DNA of 64,000 nt from Zygnema circumcarinatum SAG 698-1b (lineage: Eukaryota > Plantae > Zygnematophyceae), in NCBI GenBank assembly GCA_037447605.1, contig CM074811.1, positions 248,001 to 312,000 of the forward strand. The letters are read 5' to 3'. The stretch's first letter is position 1. Each line of letters starts with the position of its first letter. Both the position numbers and the translations under genes were made by a program. The notes below the pieces were generated by a model. That model did no database searches, was not told the origin of the DNA, and saw nothing but the letters and a program-made list of their open reading frames with translations. Positions 38,722-56,332 of the stretch are shown here, piece after piece.

Positions 38722-40404
38722 ATGGCTTCCGACAAGATTCAGCTCTACTCTGTCTTCACCCCGAATGGGATGAAGGTGAGGCTTCACTACTCCTCACAGG
38801 CCTTTGCAGCTTATTTGCTGGTCCAAACTCCTTTTTGTACATATGGACGGCAATTTAGCTTTACTTTCTTCTTTATAATGTGATCACTCGAAGCTGAACA
38901 CACAGGCACTGGTGGAGTAAAGCTTGATGATGTTCCCCTGCTTGCCTCTCTAAACGTGTGTGCTTCAGGAACGTTGTGCTTTTGGCTTGCTTTTCACTTT
39001 TCGGAAGTCGAGTGTAAGTTTAGACATTTTTCATTTCCTTGGACAGGTTGCTATTGCATTGGAGGAGATGGAACTAGAGTACGAGCCACACACTGTCAAC
39101 ATCTTCAAAGGGGAGCAGCACACTCCGGAGTTCCTTGCCGTTAATCCCAACGGCAAAATTCCAGCGATTGTGGATCCGAATGGCCCTGGTGATGCCTTCA
39201 TCCCAACATGAACTCATGCTAAAGGCGAAACTCTATTTGTTTCCACATGCTTATGCGTCTCCATGTTTTGCTAGTAACCCTTCTCTTTTTTAAGCTGAAC
39301 CTTTTGTTTTGTCGTTTGACTCGATTGTGTGCAGGAGGCAAGCCGATCAACATGTTCGAAAGTGGCGCCATATTGATGTACCTTGCGGAGAAGTCAGGCA
39401 AGTTTTTGCCGAAGGATCCCGTCCACAAGTGGGAGACAATTCAGTGGCTGTTCTTTCAAATGGCCGGAATTGGGCCCATGTTTGGCCAGGTAAGGAAGCC
39501 TTCTTCTTCAAGTTTCTCTTAACTGCTTTCGGGATAAAAATCTGCCGACTTTCTATTGTGTTCTCTTGATTTGAGGAACGCTAATGTTCTACGACGTTTG
39601 GGATGTCTTGGGTCTGCAGTTCGGCCACTTCTTCAAATTTGCCAAAGATAAGGTATACATTTATTTTGCATTTTCCGCGGTTGACTTGTCTTTTCGGCCC
39701 ACAGCTTTGGCTACTATGTGGCGCCATTGAGGAGCATAAGTGATAATGTACATCTTGGACTTCCAAGGAGAACGACATCATTATCGTATCAGTATCAGTA
39801 TCAGTATCAGTATCAGTATCAGTATCAGTATCAGTATCAGTATCAGTATCAGTATCAGTATCAGTATAGTAGTAGTATAGTAGTAGTATCAGTATCGACA
39901 TCAGTATCTGAAGTTTGACTTTGCTTTCGTTCTAATTTGTTCGTACTTTCTTGTGCAGTGTGATCATCCATACCCTGAGGAGCGGTACACTACTGAAGCC
40001 AAGCGCTTATTGGGAGTTCTTGAAAAGAGATTGGAGGGGCGAGACTTCTTGATCGACAGCGGATACACTATTGCGGACATGGCGACTTTTCCATGGGTGA
40101 TATGCCTTACGGTCAGAAATCAGCCCCCCACCTCATGAAGGAGCAATTGGGGGTTCATTTTTATAGTGGTGATATGTTGGTCTTGGTAGGGAGAGGAGAA
40201 TGACTGCGCATGGGGTCATACGGAGGTGATTTTAATTTCTATTGTACGTCTAACTCTTTTGACTCGCTTTGTGGACAGAAATACTACCAAGCCGATGAGC
40301 ACCTTCAACTTGAAACGTTTCCAAATGTTATGCAGTGGGTGGAGCGATGCAAGGCACGCCCACTCAGCGCGAAGGGACTTGAAGTTTGCGCATTAAGCTT
40401 TTAG
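38722..40404 (+). CDS. Glutathione S-transferase, Ure2p/Nu (YfcG-like) class, copy 1, 6 exons
   Basis: [71 protein letters not shown]. Confidence 0.92.
39787..39866. repeat. (TATCAG)n microsatellite in a GST copy 1 intron
   Basis: About 13 tandem hexamers. Confidence 0.95.
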
Positions 40405-41561
40405 GTTTTTTAGCGAACAAAGTCTGTCTGCCCATTGTCATAAGCGACTTCAGGCTTGGGCTTGGTAGTCCAACGCGGGCGAGTAGCGGTTGCAACAAAG
40501 GAGGGAGAGCCATGGGGGGCAGAAGCTGCCGGCTTTACTGCATCCTGCAAGCTAAGTCATGCTTGCAGAAACAAGGTGTTTGGTTAATGTAAGGAGTTGC
40601 TGCAAATGCTTGAAAGGTCACTCAATGTCGAGCACAGTACTTGGTGTGCCATTTTAATTTGTGTCTCATGAAAGGACACGTCGTGCCTCATATGTCCAGC
40701 GTGTTGTACCGGGCATACACAGTCTAAGGTATGGGTTTGATTTGGAACAAATACCGTAGCTCCATCCTTCGGAGATGGAGCTACGGAGCTTTCCTTTTGA
40801 GGAAAGTCTGAGCCTCGGGCTGGAAACGAAACGAACAGTAGGATGCAGAGAAAAACTCGATTATACTTCAGTCGCCCTCTTCAGTTCCTCGCATCAACTA
40901 AAGACGAAGTTATTTGCAAAATGAGCTTTGTCTGGCCAAAGCAAAGACCATAAATGATTCATATGCTGACGAAGAAACAAGACCGAGAGCAATTTGGATA
41001 AATCAAAGTCGACGAGAGGCTCCGAATTCGCTTCAGGAAAGTTTCGTTCGAAAAAGTGGCTGCGGCTGTGGTTTACAGAAATTGCGTTAAAAAAAAAAAA
41101 GGGAGACATGGGTTCGCATACAAGCATAAGCAAGGCTTACCCGACAGCAATTCTATTAGCACGCTCATAGCGCGTAACTATAATGAGCGAACTGTGTCCA
41201 GACTGGACCACTCGCTGCATGAAACCTCATCTGCAAACTTGCAACCTTTTGTGCTTAGGTCCTTTGCGATCAGTTCCTCGTGGTTCCCCATGCTGCTGAT
41301 TTGTCCATGTACATTTGATGGCATCATCGCCATGCGTGAGATCAATGCCACATCCTTTGCAAATTGAACCTATGAGCGAAAGAAAGGCTGTGAGCGGCCA
41401 ATGACGCCTTCAACAGTGCAATGGAGACCACCCATACATATTCAGTGGCAGCAATTTGTGGAGAATGTCACGTGAGACATGACGCGTTCTATGACAAGGT
41501 GAACTGCCTCCTGTTGCCACAGATGCAGCATCTTTGTGCCTGCTTGTGACGTTAACGAGCT

Positions 41562-41820
41562 GCGATTTTGCAGCTTCTGCTTCACTTGCCGAGCAGCTTC
41601 CGGCGAAAGAGCGCAACAATGAATGGCCTGCAAAACGTCACCAGTTCCGTTTTGTGACTTCAGAAACGTTGCGGATTTGCAGCTTCTCCTTCACTTGCTG
41701 AGCAGCTTCCGGCGAAAGACCGCAACAATGAAATGGCCTGCAAAACGTCACCAGTTCCGTTTTGTGACTTCAGAAACTTTGTGGAGTTGCAGCTTCTCCT
41801 TCACTTGCTGAGCAGCTTCT
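41562..41820. repeat. ~110-bp tandem repeat, about 2.4 copies
   Basis: TTGCAGCTTCT(G/C)CTTCACTTGC(C/T)GAGCAGCTTC recurs at ~41568, ~41677 and ~41787. Confidence 0.85.
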
Positions 41821-42714
41821 AACGAAGGAGCGCAAGAATGGCCAGCCGCGTCGGTGCCGTACTTTCCAAACCGGCGTGCAAGTAAAAAGGACAATGGATG
41901 ACGCAGTTCGATACATAAGAATTGGTACAGTTCTGAACGAGATTATCGGCTTTGATCCTACTATTGTACAGTACAAAAATATAAGATATCGGATACGGTA
42001 CGGTAAGAAAGCGTGATGATCTGCAGATTCTGCAATTGAAGATTTCATGTCAGTGGGTGATGCTGCACGCCGAGTAGGGAGCGTACGGTAGCTACTGAGC
42101 CGCTCCTACTGAAAATGTATAAAGCAGAATACGGTAGAGGTAGAGCAGGAGTCAACATTGGTTTTCGGGCTCGACTGCTGCAAGGGAGGCTGCATCCTTG
42201 AAGTTAACGTATGTCTTTCAAGCTCTTCAGTTTTTTTTTTATTGGAGAGGTCTCTGACATTTTGTATACGTGGTTTAAGCATAATAGAGTTTAAAGTTTT
42301 ATTGTTCGTGTGGTCATACATTATTGTAGAAAGCTTGCATGCAGCTTGAAAAGAAACGTGCCTCGGGTATCGCGATCATATCACCTGCTGTTTGCTGAAC
42401 ATCGTCTTTGCCGACTTTACGAGTTTGATTGATTTCTGTCATTCATATCTCGTTTTTAGTCTTTAAGTCGTATTTAGTTTTCCTTCCTTCTGTCTTTTTC
42501 CTTTGAGATGAGAAGCTGCCAAGTTTGAACACGCTTCGCCTCATTTTTAGATTGAAGATTCTTATTATTCTTTTCCCATTTTTAATATTTTTTTGTAGGC
42601 GGATTGAATGAATTTGCATCCAGCAGAGCACTGATAAGGGAACTTAATCTCGTGCAGGATTCCGGCTTTCCTTGTATAAGCTGCTCTGTTCAGTTCTAGA
42701 GAACAGAAGCATCC

Positions 42715-44211
42715 ATGGCTTCCGAAAAGATTCAGCTTTACTCTCTCCATGCGCCAAACGGTATGAAGGTGAGGCTTCAAGAAACGTCAACTCCGAAAAC
42801 TTTCTAGCTTCCGTCTTTCTCTTCTTCGTTTGGCCATTTTTCAAGCTCGTAAACGGCAGCTCAAGGTCCTCCATTTTCACATAGCCTCTTGGGAACCTCA
42901 AGTTTGAACTGCGGGTGGTTTTTTGTGATCAGATTTCTGTTGCATTGGAGGAGATGGAGTTAGAGTACGAGCCGCACACTGTCAACGTCTCTAAAGGCGA
43001 ACAGTTCAATCCGGAGTTCCTTTCCATAAATCCCAACGGCAAGGCTCCGGCAATTGTTGATCCAAACGGCCCTGGTGATGCCTTCATACCAACATGATCA
43101 CATGCTAAAGCCGAAACTTTACTTGTTTCCACATGCGTATGCGTCTCCATGTCTTGCTAGTAACCCTTCTCTTTCATAAGCTGAACCTTTTGTTTTGTTG
43201 ATTGGGTCGATTGTGTGCAGGAGGCAAGCCGATCAACGTGTTCGAAAGTGGCGCCATTTTGATGTACCTTGCGGAGAAGTCAGGCAAGTTTTTGCCGAAT
43301 GATCCCGTCCACAAGTGGGAGACCATTCAGTGGCTGTTCTTTCAAATGGCCGGAATTGGGCCCATGTTTGGCCAGGTAAGGAAGCCTTCTTCTTCAAGTT
43401 TCTTCTTAACTGCTTTCGAGATAAATATCTGCTGAGCTTGTCATATTGTGGACTATTTGTCGATTGGGGAAACCTAATGTTCTTATTGTCTTGTGTTTGC
43501 AGTTTGCCCACTTCTTCAGGGTTGCCGGAGATAAGGTACGGTGCCTCTTTGTCCTTGTTGTTGGGTCACTGCTTTGGTTCTACATGCTTACATCAAATTG
43601 AACAGTGAAAGGATGGCATTAGAGCCTGTAGGTTGGACCTCGCGTTTGGTGATCCTCTTCTAATAATAATAGCAGGCTGCTGTTCTTTCTGCAGTGTGAT
43701 CACCCATACCCTTTGGAGCGGTACACTACTGAAGTCAAACGCTTATTGGGAGTCCTTGAAAAGAGGTTGGAGGGGCGGGACTTCTTGATCGACAGCGGAT
43801 ACACTATTGCGGACATGGCTATTTTTCCATGGATGATTGGCATCTCGGTGAGAAAGTAACCCCGAATCATGAATAGGTAGACGTAGGAAGGGAGGGCAGC
43901 GGAAGGGGGGTGATAGGGAATCTTCCTCTTCCCCTTATGAGTGCTATGTGTGAGGAGGCGAGAGGGGGGGAGGGAGAGAGAGAGAGAGCGAGAGAGAGAG
44001 AAAGAGAGGGAGGGAGAGAGGAAAGGATGATCATTCGTGTGCTCTACCACACATCTAACCCTCTGTATCTTTCTTGTCTGGACAGAAATTCTTGAAAGCA
44101 GATGAGGTGGTTGGAATGTCGAATTTTCCGAACATTCTGCAATGGGTGGAGCGATGCAAGGCGCGGCCCCTTACTGCGAAGGGTCTGGAAGTTTACGCAC
44201 CTAAAAATTGA
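42715..44211 (+). CDS. Glutathione S-transferase, Ure2p/Nu class, copy 2, 6 exons
   Basis: Paralog of 38722-40404 with the same intron positions; N-terminus [12 protein letters not shown]. Confidence 0.9.
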
Positions 44212-44889
44212 CTCTAGGCTTAGGGTTGAGGTCTTCTATTCTGCAGTTCAAACAGGAGGTGGATGGAAAGGTGTTTCTAATGTATTATGGGTGCGGGAAG
44301 ATGCCCTCAAAAAGTACGTCGCCTTTTTTTGATAAAGGCTGTTTGGCCCATAAGGAAGTGGAGCGGTGTGAAGCTTGCAATGTGATGGGACTGAATGGCT
44401 TTGCGGATGAGACATAAAACGATGAATGCTAAAAGCTTTATATGGTATACGAAACCAAAAGCATACAAAAGGAGCTCATTTATTCTTAACTACAGTTCAT
44501 GCCACTGACAAAGAGCTGTTGAAAAAATACAAAGCAAGACTTTCCTTCTGTCTCCATATTCCACATAAGTTGGTAGTACTGATGCTGCAAGGCTACGTTT
44601 GTCATATCCCTTTCTTGCCGACCTGTTATGGCCGAGGCTAGAATGAACTATGGACAGTGAAAGCTCCCGTTGGCTCTGTCTTACATTCTTTGCTTTCTAT
44701 CGGCAGTGCCTGCCCGTTCCTTTTCTTTTCTCATCTGTATCTGTACCTTGCCGCCATTGCCATTTTTCGAGGACTTTGGCGACAGAGTCATAGTTCTTCT
44801 TCCAAATTTCTTCTCTTTGCCGACAGAGTGATTGCATATCCAGTTCGTGCAGGTCGCCTGTGTTTCTCACCACCTGACCTCCACTACAC

Positions 44890-45168
44890 CTTGCACAATG
44901 AGCCTTTGTAAAGTCAATGAAATATGACATGACTTTAGATTGAGAGTGACTATATTAAAGGATCCTGATTTACACGCATGCCCACGTATAGAGATGGCCG
45001 TAACTTTACCATTATTTTTTGGAAAATTAAATTTACACACCTTTTTGTCTAAATACACACCTTTTTTACATGGTAAAAATTTACTTGGGTTTTAGGTGTG
45101 TATCTAGACAAAAAGGTCTATCCACGTGGCAGCTTGTCATTGACTTTATGAAGGGACTGTTCTGCAAG
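44890..45168. mobile_element. Putative MITE/foldback remnant upstream of the Nit1 gene
   Basis: Outer imperfect inverted repeat CTTGCACAATGAGCCTTTGTAAAGTCAATGA / TCATTGACTTTATGAAGGGACTGTTCTGCAAG. Inner inverted repeat CCTTTTTGTCTAAATACACACCT / AGGTGTGTATCTAGACAAAAAGG. No clear TSD. Confidence 0.55.
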
Positions 45169-45234
45169 CTCAGCCGCTATCATAGATGATGGCATTATGA
45201 CTTTCGGGCATTTTTTTTGAGGGAATTTTCACAC

Positions 45235-48329
<3,095 letters not shown>

Positions 48330-49514
48330 TGCCCCCCTTGGCTTGGCTTGCTCGATCGCATCAACATCAAAAACTTCATGAGAAGTGATGAAAGCAGAGG
48401 CAGAGTCCTCGTTCAGAAGAAATGGGAAGCTACAGCTCCCTCCGTAGGGCATCAAGTAAAACATCAGTATTAAACCTCGATTTTAGAGGTTCTAACACAA
48501 ACCAATCCTCGCACGGCCTCGCAGGGGATTGGTTTTCTTAGTTCCCAGTAATGTAGGATATTCATGCGGTGTATAATTTCGGCCTTTTTGCTTTTCTTGT
48601 GAATCTGCTGTACTATATCTCTGCAGAAAACTGCGCAGGGTCCTTATAGCGAAGAACGCTGCGTAGCAGCAGGACTCTTCATCCTTTCTGCAGAGTTTTT
48701 TGGCAAAGATTTTCGCTCGTCTGATGGAACTGCAGCTCTTTTGCTTTCCGAGCCGCCGAGTCTGCCTGCAAGCAAACAGGCAGACTCTGCGCTGGTCGAA
48801 CATTGCGACCCCATCTGGGTTGAAATGTGTGACCAAAGCAAGCCAGAGTACGTGGGACTGAGGCTGCTTTGGAGGGAGGATGGAGTCGCCACATGGACCG
48901 AGCACCTGTTGCGCTTCTTGTGCATGCCTCGCGCCAAGCATTGGAGAGGAATTGGGCTTTCCCTGTCTTGTGGACAATGAGCTTATGTTTCGCACAAATT
49001 ACTTTAAAATGAGCGAACGTAATCACTGCACTGTACATCAGAGAACTGGGCAACGCGTCATTCATCATCATTTGATGGCATCATCGCCATCGTGAGATCA
49101 ATGCCACATACTCCTTCCATCGTACATCCATAAACAAGGTCATGGGACACATAACCATCATCATCATCATCATGCGCATGCAGTGACCCAGTTTTGAGTC
49201 CAGTGAGGAGGGGAACAAGCATATCCGTATGGTGAGGACTCTAAAAGGTGAAGTGGCATTGATCTCACGAGAGCGATGATGCCATCAAGTGTACTAAAAA
49301 AGTGCTCTTCATCAGGTTCTGGCCGTACACATTTCAATCAACTGCACGGACGTAAGAGTTTTCTCAGGAAAGGGGAGAATTGGACACTGAACCTCCATTA
49401 AAAAGGAGAAATAAAGGAGCTCAGGCTTTTGGTGGTCTTTAAAAGGGAATGAAAAGGGGTGGGGAAGGAGGAATAGAATAGAAAAAAATATTTTTTCTTG
49501 GGATGAGGGAAACC

Positions 49515-52616
<3,102 letters not shown>

Positions 52617-52782
52617 CTGGGACAGACCTGCCCTGCGCGTGCAGGCGATGAAGGGGAAGGAGAACCGGCAGGGGCAGGGTTCGAACCGGGGACCTCCCGG
52701 TACCCACACTGGAGGCTCGAACGAGTGCACGTGTGGAATTGGGCAGTTGGCGGCAATGCTCTCATGACTTTCGATGTGCAAT

Positions 52783-52917
52783 AGGGGGTGTCAGACTTAA
52801 AAATTGTTCGTAAGTTTGAGACCAGAACGAGTACTTCGGTGACATCGCAATCCTGGTGCGGCGGAGTACTTACAAAACTTTTTTGTTCGTAAGATTTCGT
52901 TAAGTCTGACACGCCCT
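52783..52917. mobile_element. 135-bp MITE, PIF/Harbinger (Tourist)-like
   Basis: TIRs AGGGGGTGTCAGACTTAA / TTAAGTCTGACACGCCCT and 3-bp TSD AAT. The empty site GCAATGTTGGG is at ~59884 in the paralogous unit. Confidence 0.85.
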
Positions 52918-53327
52918 AATGTTGGGTTTGTGTGGGGAGCAATGTGAGAGGTTTATCGCATGTAAGCTGCAATTCCAGATTCCCAACGAAGAGGAACATG
53001 AATTGGCATTGATCTCACGCATGGCGATGTCATCCAATGCACATGCACAAGAAAACATGGAGCATGGAACCAACATGGATGGTGTCCCAACAACATGTTG
53101 TTCGTCCTTCCAGTTTGTTCCCAAGCAACATGGTCCGCCCGGACCTCTTCCCGCTTTTTTTTTGGTCCCTCTTGAGCCGCCGCTCGTGCGCGCCTCGTGA
53201 ACGGCTTTTGTCGGCAAGCGCGATGCATGGCGTCTGGGACCTGACGTGGCAGAACCCCCGAATTTCGCCACATGCAATATCACTTTTTAGGTGCGCGCAA
53301 ATTTCGGGCCGCCGGGACATAAATAAA

Positions 53328-54021
53328 GGGGGCGACTATTTACAGTGTACGGATTCTGAATGAAGTGTACGATTTCGTCGGGCAGCAAAAAAAAGGTTTT
53401 TTTTGGAGAAAAATGCTGTTTCACACTTTTCAGAATAGATACAGACCTTTTTTCGTCGGATGTACGGATAGTGATTTGAAATGTACGAAGCGCGCGCGTC
53501 TACAAGGTATAAGGGCGCAACACGTGGAGCGACATGATTGGTCGCGGCAATATATGACGTGACAAGTATGTTTGTGACCGTGACGTGACGAAACGAGACG
53601 CGACAAAAGTGGAGTCCGCGGACGGCAGTCGGAAATAGCGGGGATTAAAACTGACAGAAAAAGATAGGGCACATAACGTAGCGTGTTTCAGGAAAAATCT
53701 GTCAGTTTTATTCCCGCCATTTCCGACTGCCGTCCGCGGACTCCACTTTTGTCGCGTCTAGTTTCGTCACGTCACGGTATACTTGACACGTCATAAGTTG
53801 TCCCGGCCAATCATGTCGCTCCACGTGTTGAGCCCTTATACCTTGTAGACGCGCGCGCTTCGTACATTTCAAATCACCATCCGTACATCCGACGATAAAA
53901 GGTCTGTATCTATTCTGAAAAGTGTGAAACAGCATTTTTCGGAAAAAAAAAACCTTTTTTTTGCTGCCCGGCGAAATCGTACACTACATTCAGAATCCGT
54001 ACACTGTAAATAGTCGCCCCC
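53328..54021. mobile_element. 694-bp foldback non-autonomous DNA transposon
   Basis: ~330-bp TIRs starting GGGGGCGACTATTTACAGTGTACGG, a ~40-bp spacer, and 8-bp TSD TAAATAAA (53320-53327 and 54022-54029). The empty site TGAATAAA is at ~60295. Confidence 0.93.
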
Positions 54022-55483
54022 TAAATAAATCTGCAAATGCAAAATTTCGATCCGCCTGGTCAGCAAGTGGCGGAGGTCCTGCAGGAGCGGTGCTGACGTG
54101 GCACCCAACAAATCGTGGCCAGCCATACATTATCCAGAATATGATTCCAAAAATAAAACTAGATTTTGTAGAAATAGTGGAAATCTAAAACTGGGACCCC
54201 CTTGCGCCGATGGATCCACGTCAGCGCAAGCGCATCAAAACGTCGCACGAGATTCGTCGGTCACCCGGATTTTGGGGTGCTGACGAATCGGCCGACTGCC
54301 GTATCCGTTTGTCTTTTTCGTAACAACCGGTCGATTCGTCGTCAAAATTCAGCTAAACTTTTTGTTTTTTGCGCCACGTGGCCAGCATGTGCAGAAAAGA
54401 TTGCCTGATGTGGCACAAACCAATGAGAACGCAAAAAAGGATTGGCAGAATCTTTTTCTATGCTGTCTTTCTGCCACGTCCTAGTCCCACCCCACGATCC
54501 CCACAACGTTCCAAAAAATGGAATTTTCCGTTTTAAGGACCCCATCTTCGTATCTGAATGTGACCTTAAATCAAAGTGAAATCCAGTCTAAATCTTGTAC
54601 CACGTGTTGCCCCCACAGTACACGCGGCTCCGGGAAATCCGGTCCTTTCCCAAATTAAATGAAGCCTTCAGACGGCCCCTCATTGGCCCCGCAAATATCG
54701 GGCCATCGCGTGTCTGAGTTGACCTTCTAAACGAACGGTTAGATCGTACCCGATCCGAGTCCCGACAAAATCAATCGACGGTCCCTATTTCTCAAAATAA
54801 TCTGTTGAGATGCGGGAATCGTTCCCTCCATCAAATTGATTTTCTGTTTGCCATTATATCGGCCCCAGATCCGCTCCTCGTGCAGCAAATTTCTTTCAGC
54901 CAATAGGAAGAGAGGCTGCCGGCAGCGTGGCCCAAAAAAGTCAAAAACAATTGGGACCGCGCGTGGCCGCGCTGGCCGCTGGCCAATTGCTGACGCTTTT
55001 TCGCCTCCGGGCAGGGAAAAATATTTTGCGCGTGCACAGCGGTACCCTCATGCGACAAAACAAACGGCAGAAGTGGACATGTTGCAGTCACGGGCAGCAT
55101 TAGAAAAATGAACTTTGACCAGAATTTGGATATAGGAAATTTTTTGGGACGCTGTGATTGGTTGGAGCTTTCCTTCAACCAATGAGAGTCTTTCTTTGAA
55201 TACTTTTTCTGCCCGAATGCGGCCAGGGAAATGTACACGCGCGCGGCTCCTCACCTGCCCGGAGAAAAAGTTGCATCTCAAACTGCCCAGAAAAAGTGCC
55301 TCCCTTTTCCTCCCTCGGACTTCACATAAAGCGCCGCCTCTCAGCTTCTTCCTCAAGGCTCTCTTTCTCGCTCTCTCTCCCTCTCCCTCTCCCTCTCCCT
55401 TCCTCTCTCTCCCTCTCCCACTATTCCTCTCTTTCCCTCGCTCTCGCTTCCTCTCCCTGTCTCTCTCGTGTGTCTTCCGCACC

Positions 55484-56332
55484 ATGATGAAGCTCGATCT
55501 GCATGTCGAACTGGAGGACGGCCCCGCCCACCGGCCTGAAAAGGCTGACCCTGCTCGATGCTGCTCCAGCCAATCGGAAACCCTAAATGAAGAAGAGGGA
55601 GAGGCCGACGGATTCCTTTGCGGACAGCTTCACGCCGTCGGGGACCACTCGCTGGAGTCCTTTTGGGGCGAGGAGGAGCGGGAGGAGGAGGGAGAGGAGG
55701 CCAAGTGGGAGGCTCTGTACGACAGCGAAAAGGGGTCTCCATGCTCCGAAATGGATTTCTGTGACCAGGAATGGGAAAATATGACATGGAGATACTGGCT
55801 GGAGCTGCCCAAGCGGAGCAGCAAGAGGGGGGTCAGCTGGTCGGTGGATTCGGAGGTGGATCCGGAGAAGGTGGAATTGGATAACGCGCGGAGGAGAAAG
55901 AGCACTTCTGCCTGCGGTGAGACAACTTCTTCGTTCCTTTTCGCTGTTAATTTTTTAGATTTTTTAGTGTGAGATTATCTTTAATTTAGTGGATTGAGTA
56001 GTATACGAAGGAGGAAGAGAGTGGAGGCAGAGGGAGAGAGAGGAGGGGTGATCAAGTTATCTAATGTAATCTTTCTCTCTCATTTTGTGTTTACAGAAGA
56101 ATATCGTGAGCTCTGCTCCTTGGAACGGATCGAGTCTGCGCGGGAGAGGGTGCAGCACGCGGCCCACAAGCTGGTAGACGCGCAGCTGCGACTGCAAGAG
56201 ATTCAGCTCCTGCACACGGAGCAGGAAAAGGAAGAAATAGAAGCGCCGAGCAAAGCAGGGTCAGGGTCGCGCTCTGGAGTCGTGCACTGGCTGGCGGCGC
56301 GCCTCAAGGGGAGCCGCAGCGACAAAGATTGA
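55484..56332 (+). CDS. Hypothetical acidic/coiled-coil protein, copy 1, 2 exons
   Basis: MMKLDLHVELEDG...KSTSAC / EEYRELCSLERIESARERVQ...KD*, with a GT-AG intron at ~55917-56096. The frame is conserved in copy 2. Confidence 0.6.

Noticed and set aside
38722-44211. Bacterial contamination explaining the GST or PstS-like genes
   Set aside because: They have canonical spliceosomal introns and are contiguous with plant genes and plant-type repeats.
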